A stretch of DNA of 59,122 nt, the filler included, from Squatina squatina (lineage: Eukaryota), in assembly GCA_031763465.1 (NCBI GenBank). It is 4 parts of 3 records of this genome, joined end to end, with 100 filler letters (N's around TTAATTAATTAA, not from the genome) between each part and the next. Parts side by side here need not be neighbours in the genome. Positions count along the whole stretch, not along the records: positions 27,652 to 40,595 come from JARFOE010967098.1; positions 40,696 to 59,122 come from JARFOE010000001.1; 2 more parts are not named here. The stretch is one strand, 5' to 3'. The notes under the pieces were generated by a model. That model was not told where the DNA came from, searched no databases, and saw only the letters and a list, made by a program, of their open reading frames with translations. Positions 39,631 through 50,992 of the stretch are shown one piece after another; the stretch's first letter is position 1, and each line of letters opens with the position of its first letter. The position numbers and the translations under genes were made by a program.

Positions 39631-39677
39631 TTGCAATAATCTCTGTTTTTGTTTTTATTTATATGATACCAACACAG

Positions 39678-39728
39678 CTGACGACTTAGTGTATTCGGTG
39701 ATCACGATCAGAAATTCAAGAGACGGAG
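39678..39728 (+). CDS. FCRL-like cytoplasmic exon with ITIM-type LVYSVI
   Basis: CAG acceptor and GTAAAT donor, 51 nt, phase 1-1. ADDLVYSVITIRNSRDG. Confidence 0.65.
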
Positions 39729-40362
39729 GTAAATTGCATCAATTTATTGCATCTGTTGCTGGGGGAGATGATACATACATTTGGAAATGTTGAGGTCAGC
39801 TATTACTTTTAAGATGGGCTTCTGTGACATATTGTCAGTCACTTCAGGGGCTAATGGTTAAAATAATCACTGCAGTGGTTTTGCTAATATCGCTGCGAAA
39901 GTTTGGAGGGTGACCAGAAGAACACTCGGGAATTAGCGTCATGTGGAAAATAAAATCAGGCCGAGTGTAAAACCGGCATCCGACATGCTCCCGCCTTTTT
40001 TCTGCCCTGCAGTAAAAGTGGAAACTTACGCGAATGTACAAAAAAGGATATTCAAAAAGCAACAATAGTATTTATACAACACGCTTAACTTAGACGAAAC
40101 GACTCGAGTTCAATCACAGATGTAAATGTGGGCTTGGTGAGGTGAGTCTGAGGTTGCAAGTACCGTTTTGTCTATAATAAGATGATTAGAATGAAAATTC
40201 TGTACTCATTGGCTGCATATGATCTGTGCACGCATCTGAAGAGGGCCCGCAAGTTCCGGCCTTAGGGCAGCATTACAACTGCAGTGGGGGAATTTTGAAC
40301 TAGGGGCCTCGTCCCAGAAGAAGGGATCGTCCATTTATGGCGGACAAAAGGAGGACTGGAAT

Positions 40363-40595
40363 TCACTGGAATTTAGAAGAATGAGAGGGAATCTTATAGA
40401 AACGTGCACAATTCTTAAGGGATTGGACAGGCTAGATTCGGGAAGAATGTTCCCGATGTTGGGGAAGTCCAGAACCAGGAGGCATAGTTTGAGGATAAGA
40501 GGGAAACCATTTAGGACAGAGATGAGGAAAAACTTTTTCACCCAGAGAGTGTTGAACCTGTGGAACTCTCTACCACAGGAAGCTGTTGAGGCCAG
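40363..40595 (+). mobile_element. CR1 LINE 3' ORF2 fragment
   Basis: EFRRMRGNLIETCTILKGLDR...RTRRHSLRIRGKPFRTEMRKNFFTQRVLNLWNSLPQEAVEA. Confidence 0.9.
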
Positions 40596-40695
40596 NNNNN
40601 NNNNNNNNNNNNNNNNNNNNNNNNNNNNNNNNNNNNNNNTTAATTAATTAANNNNNNNNNNNNNNNNNNNNNNNNNNNNNNNNNNNNNNNNNNNN
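40596..40695. other. Artificial scaffold-concatenation linker
   Basis: 44 N + TTAATTAATTAA (40640-40651) + 44 N. Confidence 0.97.
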
Positions 40696-41622
40696 CTCCA
40701 ACATTTGTGGTGGCCATAGCCCTGCAAATAGGAGATACACATCGGAACAAGGTGCTACCTAGTACTGGACACTGACAAAACTCAATGCATTGTAGATCCT
40801 GTGCTCATTCATTATGAAGAGATTTGAATCATTCAACGCATCAAAACATTCACATTATTAAGCTACCACTTTGCATGAGCTAAGTGTGGATATGATAATA
40901 TCATGACCAGCTATTAAAACATTTTAAGATCAGCAATGATAAATTTAGAAGCATTAGAGGGTCTTACTGTGAAAGTGATGTGGTTATTCCAATTATATGT
41001 AAGATTATTATACTGCAAGCATTAAATGGTGATTGAATAACATTTATGGTTTTTGATAGCTGGTTCTATTTCTGATGCAAAGCTTTTTGGTTTATAGCTT
41101 CTCGTTTGAATAACTGCTATTACCTTACATTTATTGAAGAGCAGCACTGCCTTGATACAAGTTCTGCAGTAAACCCACACCAAAATATTACACATAAAGT
41201 AGCAGTTAGCATCGAAATGGAGTTGAAGACCAATGAATAATATATTTCATTTACTTATTTTACATCTGCCCATGAGAAACTGGAAGTGTGGGTGAATTAT
41301 TTGGAAACTGTTGTTGCTTGATTTGAATGAAGTCACAGTTTACAAATTAATTCAAATGTAACCATTAGCACCATTGTCTATATGTCATGTTGAACACTGC
41401 TCTTTGAATTGTAAGTCATGCCTTGTGTGTTGGGGATTTTAGGTTATCTTGTCAGTTTTTTCGATCCCTCAATTTTGTTCATCTCTCCGATTTGCAGGCC
41501 ATAGACAACTGGAGGGTCTTTAGGACTAATTCGTTTGCTTAAATTGATAATTAAATCAGTTTTTGGTAGGAAATTTAATCTCCAGTTATAATTTACAACT
41601 ACCTGTGATTTTTACCACACAG

Positions 41623-41725
41623 AAAATTGAAAGCCTTTGCAATAAAGGAGTGAAGAAAGTAGCTTGTGGAACCCAGTTTTCTGTTGTACTAATGAAAGAT
41701 GGACATGTATTCACTTTTGGACAAG
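41623..41725 (+). CDS. HERC1: HERC1-like E3 ligase exon, RCC1-like domain (RLD2)
   Basis: 103 nt, CAG/[40 protein letters not shown] versus recalled HERC1 [34 protein letters not shown]. Confidence 0.82.
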
Positions 41726-41869
41726 GTACCTTTTTATCTTTCCCCACTCATACAGTCATGTTATTGTAAGCAATAAAATACTGATGTAACATTTAGACTA
41801 TAAATTAATAGAGGCTGTAAATGGTTTTTGGGGTGATTCATTATACTCTGAAGCTACTTGGTTCAATGT

Positions 41870-42161
41870 GAGACAGTTATTGATGAGGCATATTGGACTA
41901 AAAGTCAAAGTTATACTGACAATATGTCGATCAATATTGAGGCCAGTTCTGGAACATGGTGTGCAATTCTTCAAACGAAATATAGTTACGTTAGAAAGCT
42001 TCAGAGAAAAGTGACCAAGATGATGCAAGGGATTAAGGTACAAAACTTTTTTTTTAAAAAGACTCAGCAAATAAACTTAGTTTTGCTGGAAAAAGAATAA
42101 AGGGATACAAGATATAGGCTTACAAAATATTGAAAGATATAGATAAGGTTAAAGTAAGCAN
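41870..42161 (+). mobile_element. Highly degenerate CR1 fragment
   Basis: Remnants of the CVQFW...LERVQRKVTKMM-G...YKILK-ID motifs. Confidence 0.55.
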
Positions 42162-43299
42162 NNNNNNNNNNNNNNNNNNNNNNNNNNNNNNNNNNNNNNN
42201 NNNNNNNNNNNNNNNNNNNNNNNNNNNNNNNNNNNNNNNNNNNNNNNNNNNNNNNNNNNNTATCACGGTATAATATTGGAGCTTCGGCGATAGCTCAAGG
42301 CCGGTTGAGAGGCCTCCTGTCTCCAAAGGTCAACATTCTGCCACTAGTGCGATCGATAGGAAGAACTATGATTCAGGGAAAGACTTATGGGCCTCAGATC
42401 ACGGTGAAGAGAATTTCTGCAAGGTATAGTACTCAAAGAGCAACTCTGCATATCCTCGTTAAATGCTATGAAATTCTGTTTTTAAATCTACTTAAAGGGA
42501 AACTCTAGAAATGCAAAGTACAAAACAAATAGCTTACCGTTCAACCTCAAAACATTTTAGCTAAATTTTTCATTCTTTACTGTGAGGAATGCCATCAGAC
42601 AGATATGAACTAGAAAAGATTAAAGTTGGGTAAATAGATAATGGATAAAATTAAGATTTTAAAATGGGCCCTACAGAAACATATTTGTTATAAATTACAC
42701 ATTGTTGGCTGTTCTTCATAAAATACCAAAAATGGCTGGTGGTTAGCTTCCTGTACAAAATGTCCAGAGAAGGCGGAACCCAAGCAATACATTGTGAATG
42801 GTTATTTCATTCAGTAACCCAAGCAGTCAAATCAAAATGGCTTTGGGTCTTTAATTTCAGTAAATTTGTACAAGCTGTAAAATGGAAATTGCCTTTTAAA
42901 AGAGGGATTCTGAATGAAAACTTGAAGTGTGGTTGAAGAGAAAACACTTGCCAGTCAACCCATTCCTTCCATAGATCACATGCAATTTACCAAGTCTGAC
43001 ATCTGCACAATCTACTCAATCTCTTATGGTGAACAAGCAACCAACAATGGGAAAAGGTGCCAAGAATGTACAACTCCCTTTAATTTTTCCCTAACCCTTG
43101 AGAATAATTGAGCAAAGTTCCAGGAAATTGATTGAGTCATATCATGTGCTTTACTGAACTCTGACCAATTGCATTCCACCAATTATGTTTTCAGCATCAT
43201 AGAGCATTTCATTAGCTGTGTCTGTGCTTATCCTCAAAATTCAATCCCAGATATGTACCTAGCTATTTTTAAATTGGTTATCAGCATAGTATACTCAGA

Positions 43300-43876
43300 A
43301 GATGCTAGGTAAGTGAACATAGACAGAATAAGTGAACAGGCAAAAGTGTGCCAGATGGAGTTCAATATGAGGAATTGTGAGGTCATCCACTTTAAATCCA
43401 AGAAAGACAAATTGTAATTTTTTTTTTAGTGGTGAGAGACTAGGAGCTGTAGAAGAGCAGAGAGAGATCTAGGGATTCAAGTACAAAAATCACAAGGCTA
43501 GTGGGCAAGTACAAAAAATAATTGAGAAGACAAAAAATGGTATGTTGGCCTTTACCTCAAGGGAGCTGGAATACAATGGGGAGTAAGTTGTGTTTCAGTT
43601 GTACAGAGCCTTGGTCAGACCACATCTAGATTACAATATTCACTTTTGGTACCACACCTTAGGTGGATGTAATGGCCTTGAAAGAGATACAATGCAGATT
43701 CAGCAGAATGATACCTGGCGTAAAGGGTCACATTCAGAGGGCAGGTTACATAAACTCGGCTTGCATTTCCTTGAGTGTAGATAGTGGAGAGGTGATGTAA
43801 TTGAGGTGCTTGAAATCATAAAAGAGTCAATAATGTAGATACAGATAAGTTATTTCCTCTGGTAGAAAAATTCAGA
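43300..43876 (+). mobile_element. CR1 LINE ORF2 fragment
   Basis: MEFN..CEVIHF, RDLG.QV and LYRALVRPHLDY..HFW motifs. Confidence 0.8.
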
Positions 43877-44000
43877 NNNNNNNNNNNNNNNNNNNNNNNN
43901 NNNNNNNNNNNNNNNNNNNNNNNNNNNNNNNNNNNNNNNNNNNNNNNNNNNNNNNNNNNNNNNNNNNNNNNNNNNNCTTGTGGTGTTTGATCATTTTCAG

Positions 44001-44306
44001 GTAGCAGCAGTCAGACAGGGGATGTCAGCCATTGTCCCTGTACCCCTCCTGTCTCTACTTACAGAAAGGCAGCTTGAACAGCTCGTGTGTGGGATGCCGG
44101 AAGTCAATGTGGATACCTTAAAGAAAGTTGTGCGTTACCGTGACATTGTTGAAAACCATCAACTACTCAGTTGGCTCTGGCAAACACTGCAAGAGTTTTC
44201 TAATGATGAGAGAGTGCTGTTTCTTCGCTTTGTCTCTGGCCGCTCCAGGTTGCCAGCCAACCCTGCAGACATCACACAGAAATTTCAGATTATTAAAGTG
44301 GACAGG
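44001..44306 (+). CDS. HERC1: HERC1-like E3 ligase exon, HECT domain
   Basis: 306 nt, phase 0-0, TTTTCAG/GTAGGT. VAAVRQGMSAIVPVPLLSLLT...ERVLFLRFVSGRSRLPAN...FQIIKVDR is HERC1-type; possibly a paralogue. Confidence 0.88.
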
Positions 44307-44769
44307 GTAGGTGTCCTGCATTGAAAGACTATATTGGTGGCTCGTGTGATTGACTTCTAACTAAATGTTGTAAGTTTGAAGGCCAATACAATCTGATACT
44401 CAAAAGTGTATATACTTGTGAATGAAATGATTTGCATGCCCTGAAGCTTAACCCAAGGGAATCCATGTGTATGGCAAGGGTCAACATTACAAAGCTTGTA
44501 TGCACTAAAGTTCTTCCTTTTATATTAGCTTGCATTCGCTAGTACATTTTCTTTCTGTTCATATTCTGCTCAGCTCTTCCAGTGCTTGTGACATTTAAGT
44601 GATAACCTTCCCAAGCTTCAGTCCTGGCTGCCACTATTGTTATTAAATCACCTCTTCCAAAACCTGTGTGTCTCCGATTTTGCGAGAAACTGGACTGAAG
44701 TGATTTAAATACTGCCATGCTGAAGGAGCAAAGCACATTCCTATCAGTTGTTACAGTCAGCTATTGCTT

Positions 44770-45035
44770 AACATAGAAACATAGAAGATAGGAGCAGGAG
44801 TAGGCCATTAGGCCCTTCGAACCTGCTCCACCATTCAGTGAGATCATGGCTGATCATCCAACTTCAGTACCCTGTCCTTGCTTTCTCCCCATAGCCCTTG
44901 ATCCCTTTAGCCTTAAGAGCTATATCTAACTCCTTCTTGAATATATTTAATAATTTGTCCTCAACTGCCTTCTGTGGTAGAGAATTCCACAGGTCCACCA
45001 CTCTCTGGGTGAAGAAATCCCTCCTCATCTCAGTC
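44770..45035 (-). mobile_element. CR1 LINE 3' end
   Basis: Minus strand TEMRRDFFTQRVVDLWNSLPQKAVE...FKKELD plus tail ending TTCTATGTT. Confidence 0.88.
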
Positions 45036-47126
45036 NNNNNNNNNNNNNNNNNNNNNNNNNNNNNNNNNNNNNNNNNNNNNNNNNNNNNNNNNNNNNNNNN
45101 NNNNNNNNNNNNNNNNNNNNNNNNNNNNNNNNNNNAAGCAGCTTACACATAACCAAACATTTTTTTAAATTGACCTTTTCTACTTTGCAGGATAAGCATT
45201 TGCTACATTACAAGTTTTACACCAAAAATGCACCAGTGTTACTTTTTAAAGAAAACTGTTTAGTTTGACTTTGTGCACTACTTAAAATCAGGAATTAACT
45301 ACATCTTGTAAAATGTTTTTTTGTAGACAGCATGTAGATGTGGTACAGTGACTAAGTGCAGCACTTTGCCTAATTTAAGCATCTTGTGTACAGGACCAGG
45401 GTGGATGATTGCCAAACAATAACCAGTAACCTGATTATGGAAACTTGACTAAGTGAATCGAATTCTTTGGTACTAAAATAATTTTCCATACCACACTGAA
45501 CAATAAAGGATCTGGTGTGCGCTAACAACATTCATATCATTTTCTTCTGTAGCCAATGCTTGGTGGTGACTGAGGAAGCACCTGCTGCCTGGAAATGCTC
45601 CTACATGACACAGGTCAGATGGAACACTGAAAAGGGATAAAAGAATTAAAAAACAAAGTAAAGGTGGTAATCTGGGAAGTAGAAGGCTAAGGTCAATTAA
45701 AGCTGTAAAAAATAATAAATGAAAGATCAGAATGCAATAGATCCTCATACCATTTGAGAGTAATATAATGTTAATGATTGAGGGAGCCTTAGAAATATGT
45801 GGTATTAATGGTATTGTAGTACATCAAAGGCACTTACAGTGACCGATTGCTGTAACTGTATATTATACAGTAAATTTAAATATTTGAAATGTGCTATCAC
45901 TAACACCAAAAACATTGGCTAGTCTGAGTATTATACCCGCCATTCTGTACAGTTTATGATGGTACAAGACATCAATATGCTTAGCAAAGAGCTCTTTAGA
46001 AATGAGAATGCATTAAGCTCCATCTGAAGTCACCAAATAAACCAGGCCCTAAGATAAAAAATGAAAATAATTAAAATAATCTGAATTTTCTGTCTAAGTG
46101 ATGCAACAAAAAAAATCAATAGAAGTATTAAAGTAATCTTTGGATTGCCCATAGTGTTGTTCATTGATAGAAATAATTAAAACTAAGTGGAATATTAAAT
46201 AATAAATGTCTCCCATGTCCAGCAAAATTAGATAAATGAATACATCTGTGCTGTCCCCCCTTAGGAACAGTTAGAAAANNNNNNNNNNNNNNNNNNNNNN
46301 NNNNNNNNNNNNNNNNNNNNNNNNNNNNNNNNNNNNNNNNNNNNNNNNNNNNNNNNNNNNNNNNNNNNNNNNNNNNNNCATATCAAGAGGAGATTTACTA
46401 TTGCTTTAACTCCTTGTTAGGAGCAATACTTCAAGTACTTTTAAAAGTACATTTGAAAAAAAATCAGGCGTTACTGTCTATAACCAATCAAAAAATACTA
46501 CTGATCTCTAAGGTTGTATTTCAAAAATGAGTAGTTCCAGAAAAACAATAGTATTTGATTAGCATCACATTACCTCCCAAGCGACATTCCTAGCAGCTGA
46601 TAAAGCCACAACATAACCTATCAAAATGTCATGTGATCGGCTTTAAAAAATTTTAAAGGTGAAAGTGAGAAAATAAATCAGCAAAACACTGTTACAACCT
46701 TCATCTCTGTTGTTTATTATTAAAACATTTCCACTGACAGAGAAAAATGCCTTCATTTAGAAAATATGAAAGGAAATTTTTCAACAGCGCTCAGTTGTAA
46801 AAAACATTATAATCCTCTTACAAAGATTAAACCTTGCCAACAGCCAGTGATTAAATAGGGTGACAATACAGTCTTCAGTTTTAAAAAGAAATTAACATTT
46901 TATTTGTTTTACAGCTAAGTAACACACAACACAGTGTACTTCATTCAGTTATTGGTTTCTTTTTGGTATGAAAGACTCTTTAAACTGTTTTCAGTCAGTT
47001 GTCAATTATAAAAAGTGGCCAGGGTATGAGTAATGGCTCAATTGAAAATTGAGCCAAGTGCTATCACTCAGCTTCTCCCAGGTTGCTCAGGATGTGATTG
47101 GCCCCATATCTATTACTCCACGACAG

Positions 47127-47246
47127 TGTTACTGAACTTATTGCTGGAAGCTATTGGTTTATCCAAGGAAATCTTATGTATCGTGACTTGGGGTTTGGGA
47201 AATGGAATCAGCAACAGTTTACCATCACACGTGGACTGTTAATTCG
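47127..47246 (+). CDS. Candidate coding exon of an unidentified gene
   Basis: 120 nt, phase 2-2, CAG acceptor and GTGTGT donor, open frame VTELIAGSYWFIQGNLMYRDLGFGKWNQQQFTITRGLLIR; family not recognised. Confidence 0.35.
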
Positions 47247-48626
47247 GTGTGTCCCTTTGGTAAAATGCACTACTTGTACTACATTACTTACAAGAATATC
47301 AAAATAATCTGCAGTTGGTAGAAACAGATTACGGTGATGTTTACACAAGTGCTCGAGATGAGCAGAGAATTAGAGGTAACTTATTTCTTGCCTGTTATTT
47401 TTGGATCACTGTAATCAATGACAAACTCAATTTTATGAACAAATATTCTATGTACCAGGGGAATCTGCTATGTTGGACCTCATTGTTCATTCAACAATTA
47501 TGATTAATGTGAAAATCAAATTAATGGAAATGGTGCAATTTTTAAATTAAGTCGAAAGAGAGTAGTATAGTGAGTAGCATGAAACAGCAGGGTCTCCACC
47601 TAATTTTGTGGTGATTTGGGAGGATTTCCAGATATTGACTTGGATGAAGATAAAATGTCACTGATAATGCATGCTTCCCTGGGAGTGATAGGGTACTGTG
47701 GGCCTCTTTAAGTGCTGCTCTTTGGTTAGGAATAGCATATTCTTAATGTTTGATTATTTATAAGATTAGTTGGAAAATATATTTAAAAAATGAGTTATCC
47801 AGAGAGACAGAAATGTCCCTGGACTTGCTGGCAGTCTATAAGTGTTGTTTTTAAAGAGAAACATAAAACAACATAAACAGCGACCCCCCATATTATTAGA
47901 TTCAACTTGATCAACCAAAGCTGCTGAAAGTGTAATGCTGGTACCAGATTTCAAAAGGGCTGGATTTGGAAAGGTTGTTTGGGCAACCTACGAGTTGGGG
48001 GCATTAGCAACACAGGAGGAAAATGGAATGACTTGAAGGGCATTCTTGTGTAAAAGGAAATCATGTCTGACTCTAGAATTCAAAGGAAATCACATAATAA
48101 AACAAAGCCACGTTGAGTAACAGGTCACGTGCAGGAACAAATCAAACTCAAGCAAAAGTATTTTCCCTTCATAAGGCAAATAGTTCTCAGGAGAACAGGG
48201 GTAGACATCAATACCCACACAAAGCAACAAAAGCTNNNNNNNNNNNNNNNNNNNNNNNNNNNNNNNNNNNNNNNNNNNNNNNNNNNNNNNNNNNNNNNNN
48301 NNNNNNNNNNNNNNNNNNNNNNNNNNNNNNNNNNNCAAACAACTTGAACTTTTGAAGAAGACGGTTGAGTTACTCTGAGCAGACTACCAACTAGTGTAGC
48401 TGCTGACCCGTAGGAACAACGTACAAATTGAAGAGACTTAAGTCGGAAGGGAATAAAGCAAAATTGTATTTGGTGGAAAAAATAGAAATGGTGCAAATCC
48501 TGAAGAAGATCCTCAGTGATAGGATATTCTTTAATATATACAAGTTCTGCACGTTTATGGTGCAAGTTAAACAACGAGAATGTAAATGTGATAAATTTGA
48601 CTACACTAGTATTACTATATACAGAC

Positions 48627-48821
48627 CTTGTAACTCGAAAGACTCCTGGATAAGAGATTGTGTGTGGACCAGTACTCTCACTCATTCCATAAAGTTCATA
48701 AAGTGTGATACGGAGACTTAGGAAGAACTCCAATGTTTCTTTAGTAATGGGTGCTGCTCCTGTAAAGCACTTCGTACATCGATCCAGGCCCAGTAAGTTA
48801 CGAACTTTCTTGAACACCAGA
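48627..48821 (-). CDS. ACSBG2: Long-chain acyl-CoA synthetase, bubblegum family (ACSBG2-like) exon
   Basis: 195 nt, TAG/GTCTGT. LVFKKVRNLLGLDRCTKCFTGAAPITKETLEFFLSLRITLYELYGMSESTGPHTISYPGVFRVT contains the YGMSE AMP-binding motif. Paralogue identity and 5' boundary uncertain. Confidence 0.8.
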
Positions 48822-49709
48822 CTATTTGCCAAAAGCAAGTAATTAAAAAAGCCAAGTCATCAAGTTTACTAATTATTCACTATGATAGGGTTGGTAAAAC
48901 AAGGTGTGATTGTTTCTTGCAGTAACTGTGACATAAAGGTTGCATATCAATTTGAATAAATAGCCAAAATGATTTCAGTTATTTAATATGTATTCTTTCA
49001 ATTACAACATCGTTCAACCTGTCCACTGTAGCAAACCGTTTCAATAGTTACTTAACAAAAAAGGATTGAAACAAATTCACTTTTGTAAATGAAAATAATT
49101 CATGCTCTAATTATGTAAGTATTAGTGGAAATGGAAGGATGTTTTTACTAAAAGGATCAGAAATAATTTTTCCAGCCTACTCCAGAAGTAAGGATAAGCT
49201 TACAGTTCTGAATAAACATCCAGCAGTGCAGCATGTGAAAGTGATGCATTCCATGATTTTAGGAGAATAAGTATGTTTGCTGCAGTTACTCAGTGGCTGC
49301 ATGTACATAAAATCACAAAATGATTTCTATTTTATTAAGTGTACCAGTACCCTACCTCTATATAAAATATTTGCAGAATTGTATTTGTGATACACTAGCT
49401 CCCACCTAATGGTCAAAATCTGTACTACAGATGGAACTGCAATTGAATTTTTTCTTCTTGTACGCCAACTTGAAATGGCACCATTAGTTTGTTTTGCCTG
49501 GAAAACAAATTGGACTAAAATAGATTTTTCCAATTCCCACAATATATTTTAGCACTGTTCTTCAATTTCAATGAAATAGTTGGGGGCATTGCTGTACAAT
49601 GGATACATTNNNNNNNNNNNNNNNNNNNNNNNNNNNNNNNNNNNNNNNNNNNNNNNNNNNNNNNNNNNNNNNNNNNNNNNNNNNNNNNNNNNNNNNNNNN
49701 NNNNNNNNN

Positions 49710-50010
49710 ACGTTATGTCCCTTTGTCCTAGACGCCATTCACCACTGGAGAAAGTTACTATTTACCCGATTACCTTCAAAATCCTAAAAACCTCAATCAA
49801 ATCACCCCTTAAACTTCTTTATTCCAGGGAATACAAGCCTAGTTTATGTATCTCCTTGTATCTAGCTTACATCTCCTCAAAAGAGCTTCCCTTTCCCAGA
49901 ATCACCCTGGTGGATCTAAGCTACATGCGCTGCATGGCTTTAATGCCTTTTCAATAATGAGGTGCCCAAAACTATACAAAGCCTCCCAACTTTAGCCTAA
50001 CAAATGTATC
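49710..50010 (-). mobile_element. Degenerate CR1 fragment
   Basis: Minus strand LYSLE..SLRGDLIEVFRILK motif. Confidence 0.7.
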
Positions 50011-50894
50011 CTTACTTATTTACCTTTTTTCTTAACACCTATATTTATAATACTGTTGGCCAGGTCAAGAGCACATTTTGGTGAGATTATTTTTTCCTGT
50101 CCCTAAAATGTTCTCCTACAGTTTGTTTTAAATCCCAATGCAAACTGTGAATACATCAAAAATATTTATATTGTGGCTAAAAGTAGTTTGTTTAAAATTG
50201 GAATTGTAAATCAGGTTATGTACTTAGAAAAAACTAGTCTCTTTCTAACAGACAATAAACTCTACGGGGAGGTTGAAAAGCTCAAGAAAACTTGCCTATT
50301 AACAGGTGCCACCACTCTGAAGGCCATCTCCCATTAACAGGAGGACAAAGTCAAACTTTGGTCAATGAAATTTCAAAGCAGAAGCACTGCAAAGAGTGTA
50401 AGGAAAGGGTTAATCAGACAGTCCTGAAGACTGCTAATGTTATACTATGACTTCTCTTTATATTGTACAAATAGCAGCCTTTAGTCTTTGTCTGCTAAGC
50501 AGGGAGGTTTAAGTCAATTGAAAGTAGCACTGGGCTCGTGAGCCTGAGCTGACAAAGCAATGGTCAGTTTGGTCACTTCAGTAAATGGAATTAAAAAGAC
50601 ATGCCAGTGCACCTGCAGAGAACTTTAACCAGTTGATAACATGTGCAGGTAAGCAGTTATGTCTGCAATGGAAAACACCTGGGTTGACTGGTACGAAATC
50701 ATACTGAATCAGAGAGGCTCGTCATTAAAACTTTCACTTGGTAGAATTATATATATATATATAATAAATATAACGAGAGAATGAAATTATCAAGATGATA
50801 AACTAAGGGAGTTGTACCAGTCTATGGAAAAATAACTCATTAAAACTAAAATTATTGGTAAAGGAAAATCAATTAAATTCTCATTACGGAAAAG

Positions 50895-50992
50895 CAGTTC
50901 TGACGAAAGGTCATCAACCTGAAACATTAACTCAGTTTCTTGCTCCCCAGATGCTGCTTGACCTGAGTATTTCCAGAATTTTCTGTTTCTGC
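50895..50992 (+). mobile_element. Penelope-like element terminal repeat containing a degenerate minimal hammerhead-ribozyme motif
   Basis: AGTT-CTGACGA-A-AGGT(CATCA)ACCT-GAAA-CATTA-ACT: conserved CUGANGA (50900-50906) and GAAA (50921-50924) boxes around stem II. Confidence 0.6.

Larger units (their letters stand above)
28433..39728 (+). pseudogene. Fc-receptor-like (FCRL-type) multi-Ig receptor with ITIM-like tail, probably a pseudogene; signal exons and last exon not in window
   Basis: Phase-compatible exon chain: Ig 28433-28687, Ig 30168-30446, Ig 31251-31529, Ig 32422-32709, Ig 34032-34334, TM 34640-34741, cytoplasmic 35285-35315, 37385-37476 and 39678-39728. Lesions: donor GAGAGT at 31530, TAG at 34106, TGA at 34250. 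Confidence 0.8.

Noticed and set aside
39396-39689. Hydrophobic 97-aa ORF resembling a membrane protein
   Set aside because: Translation of the (ATCT)n microsatellite.
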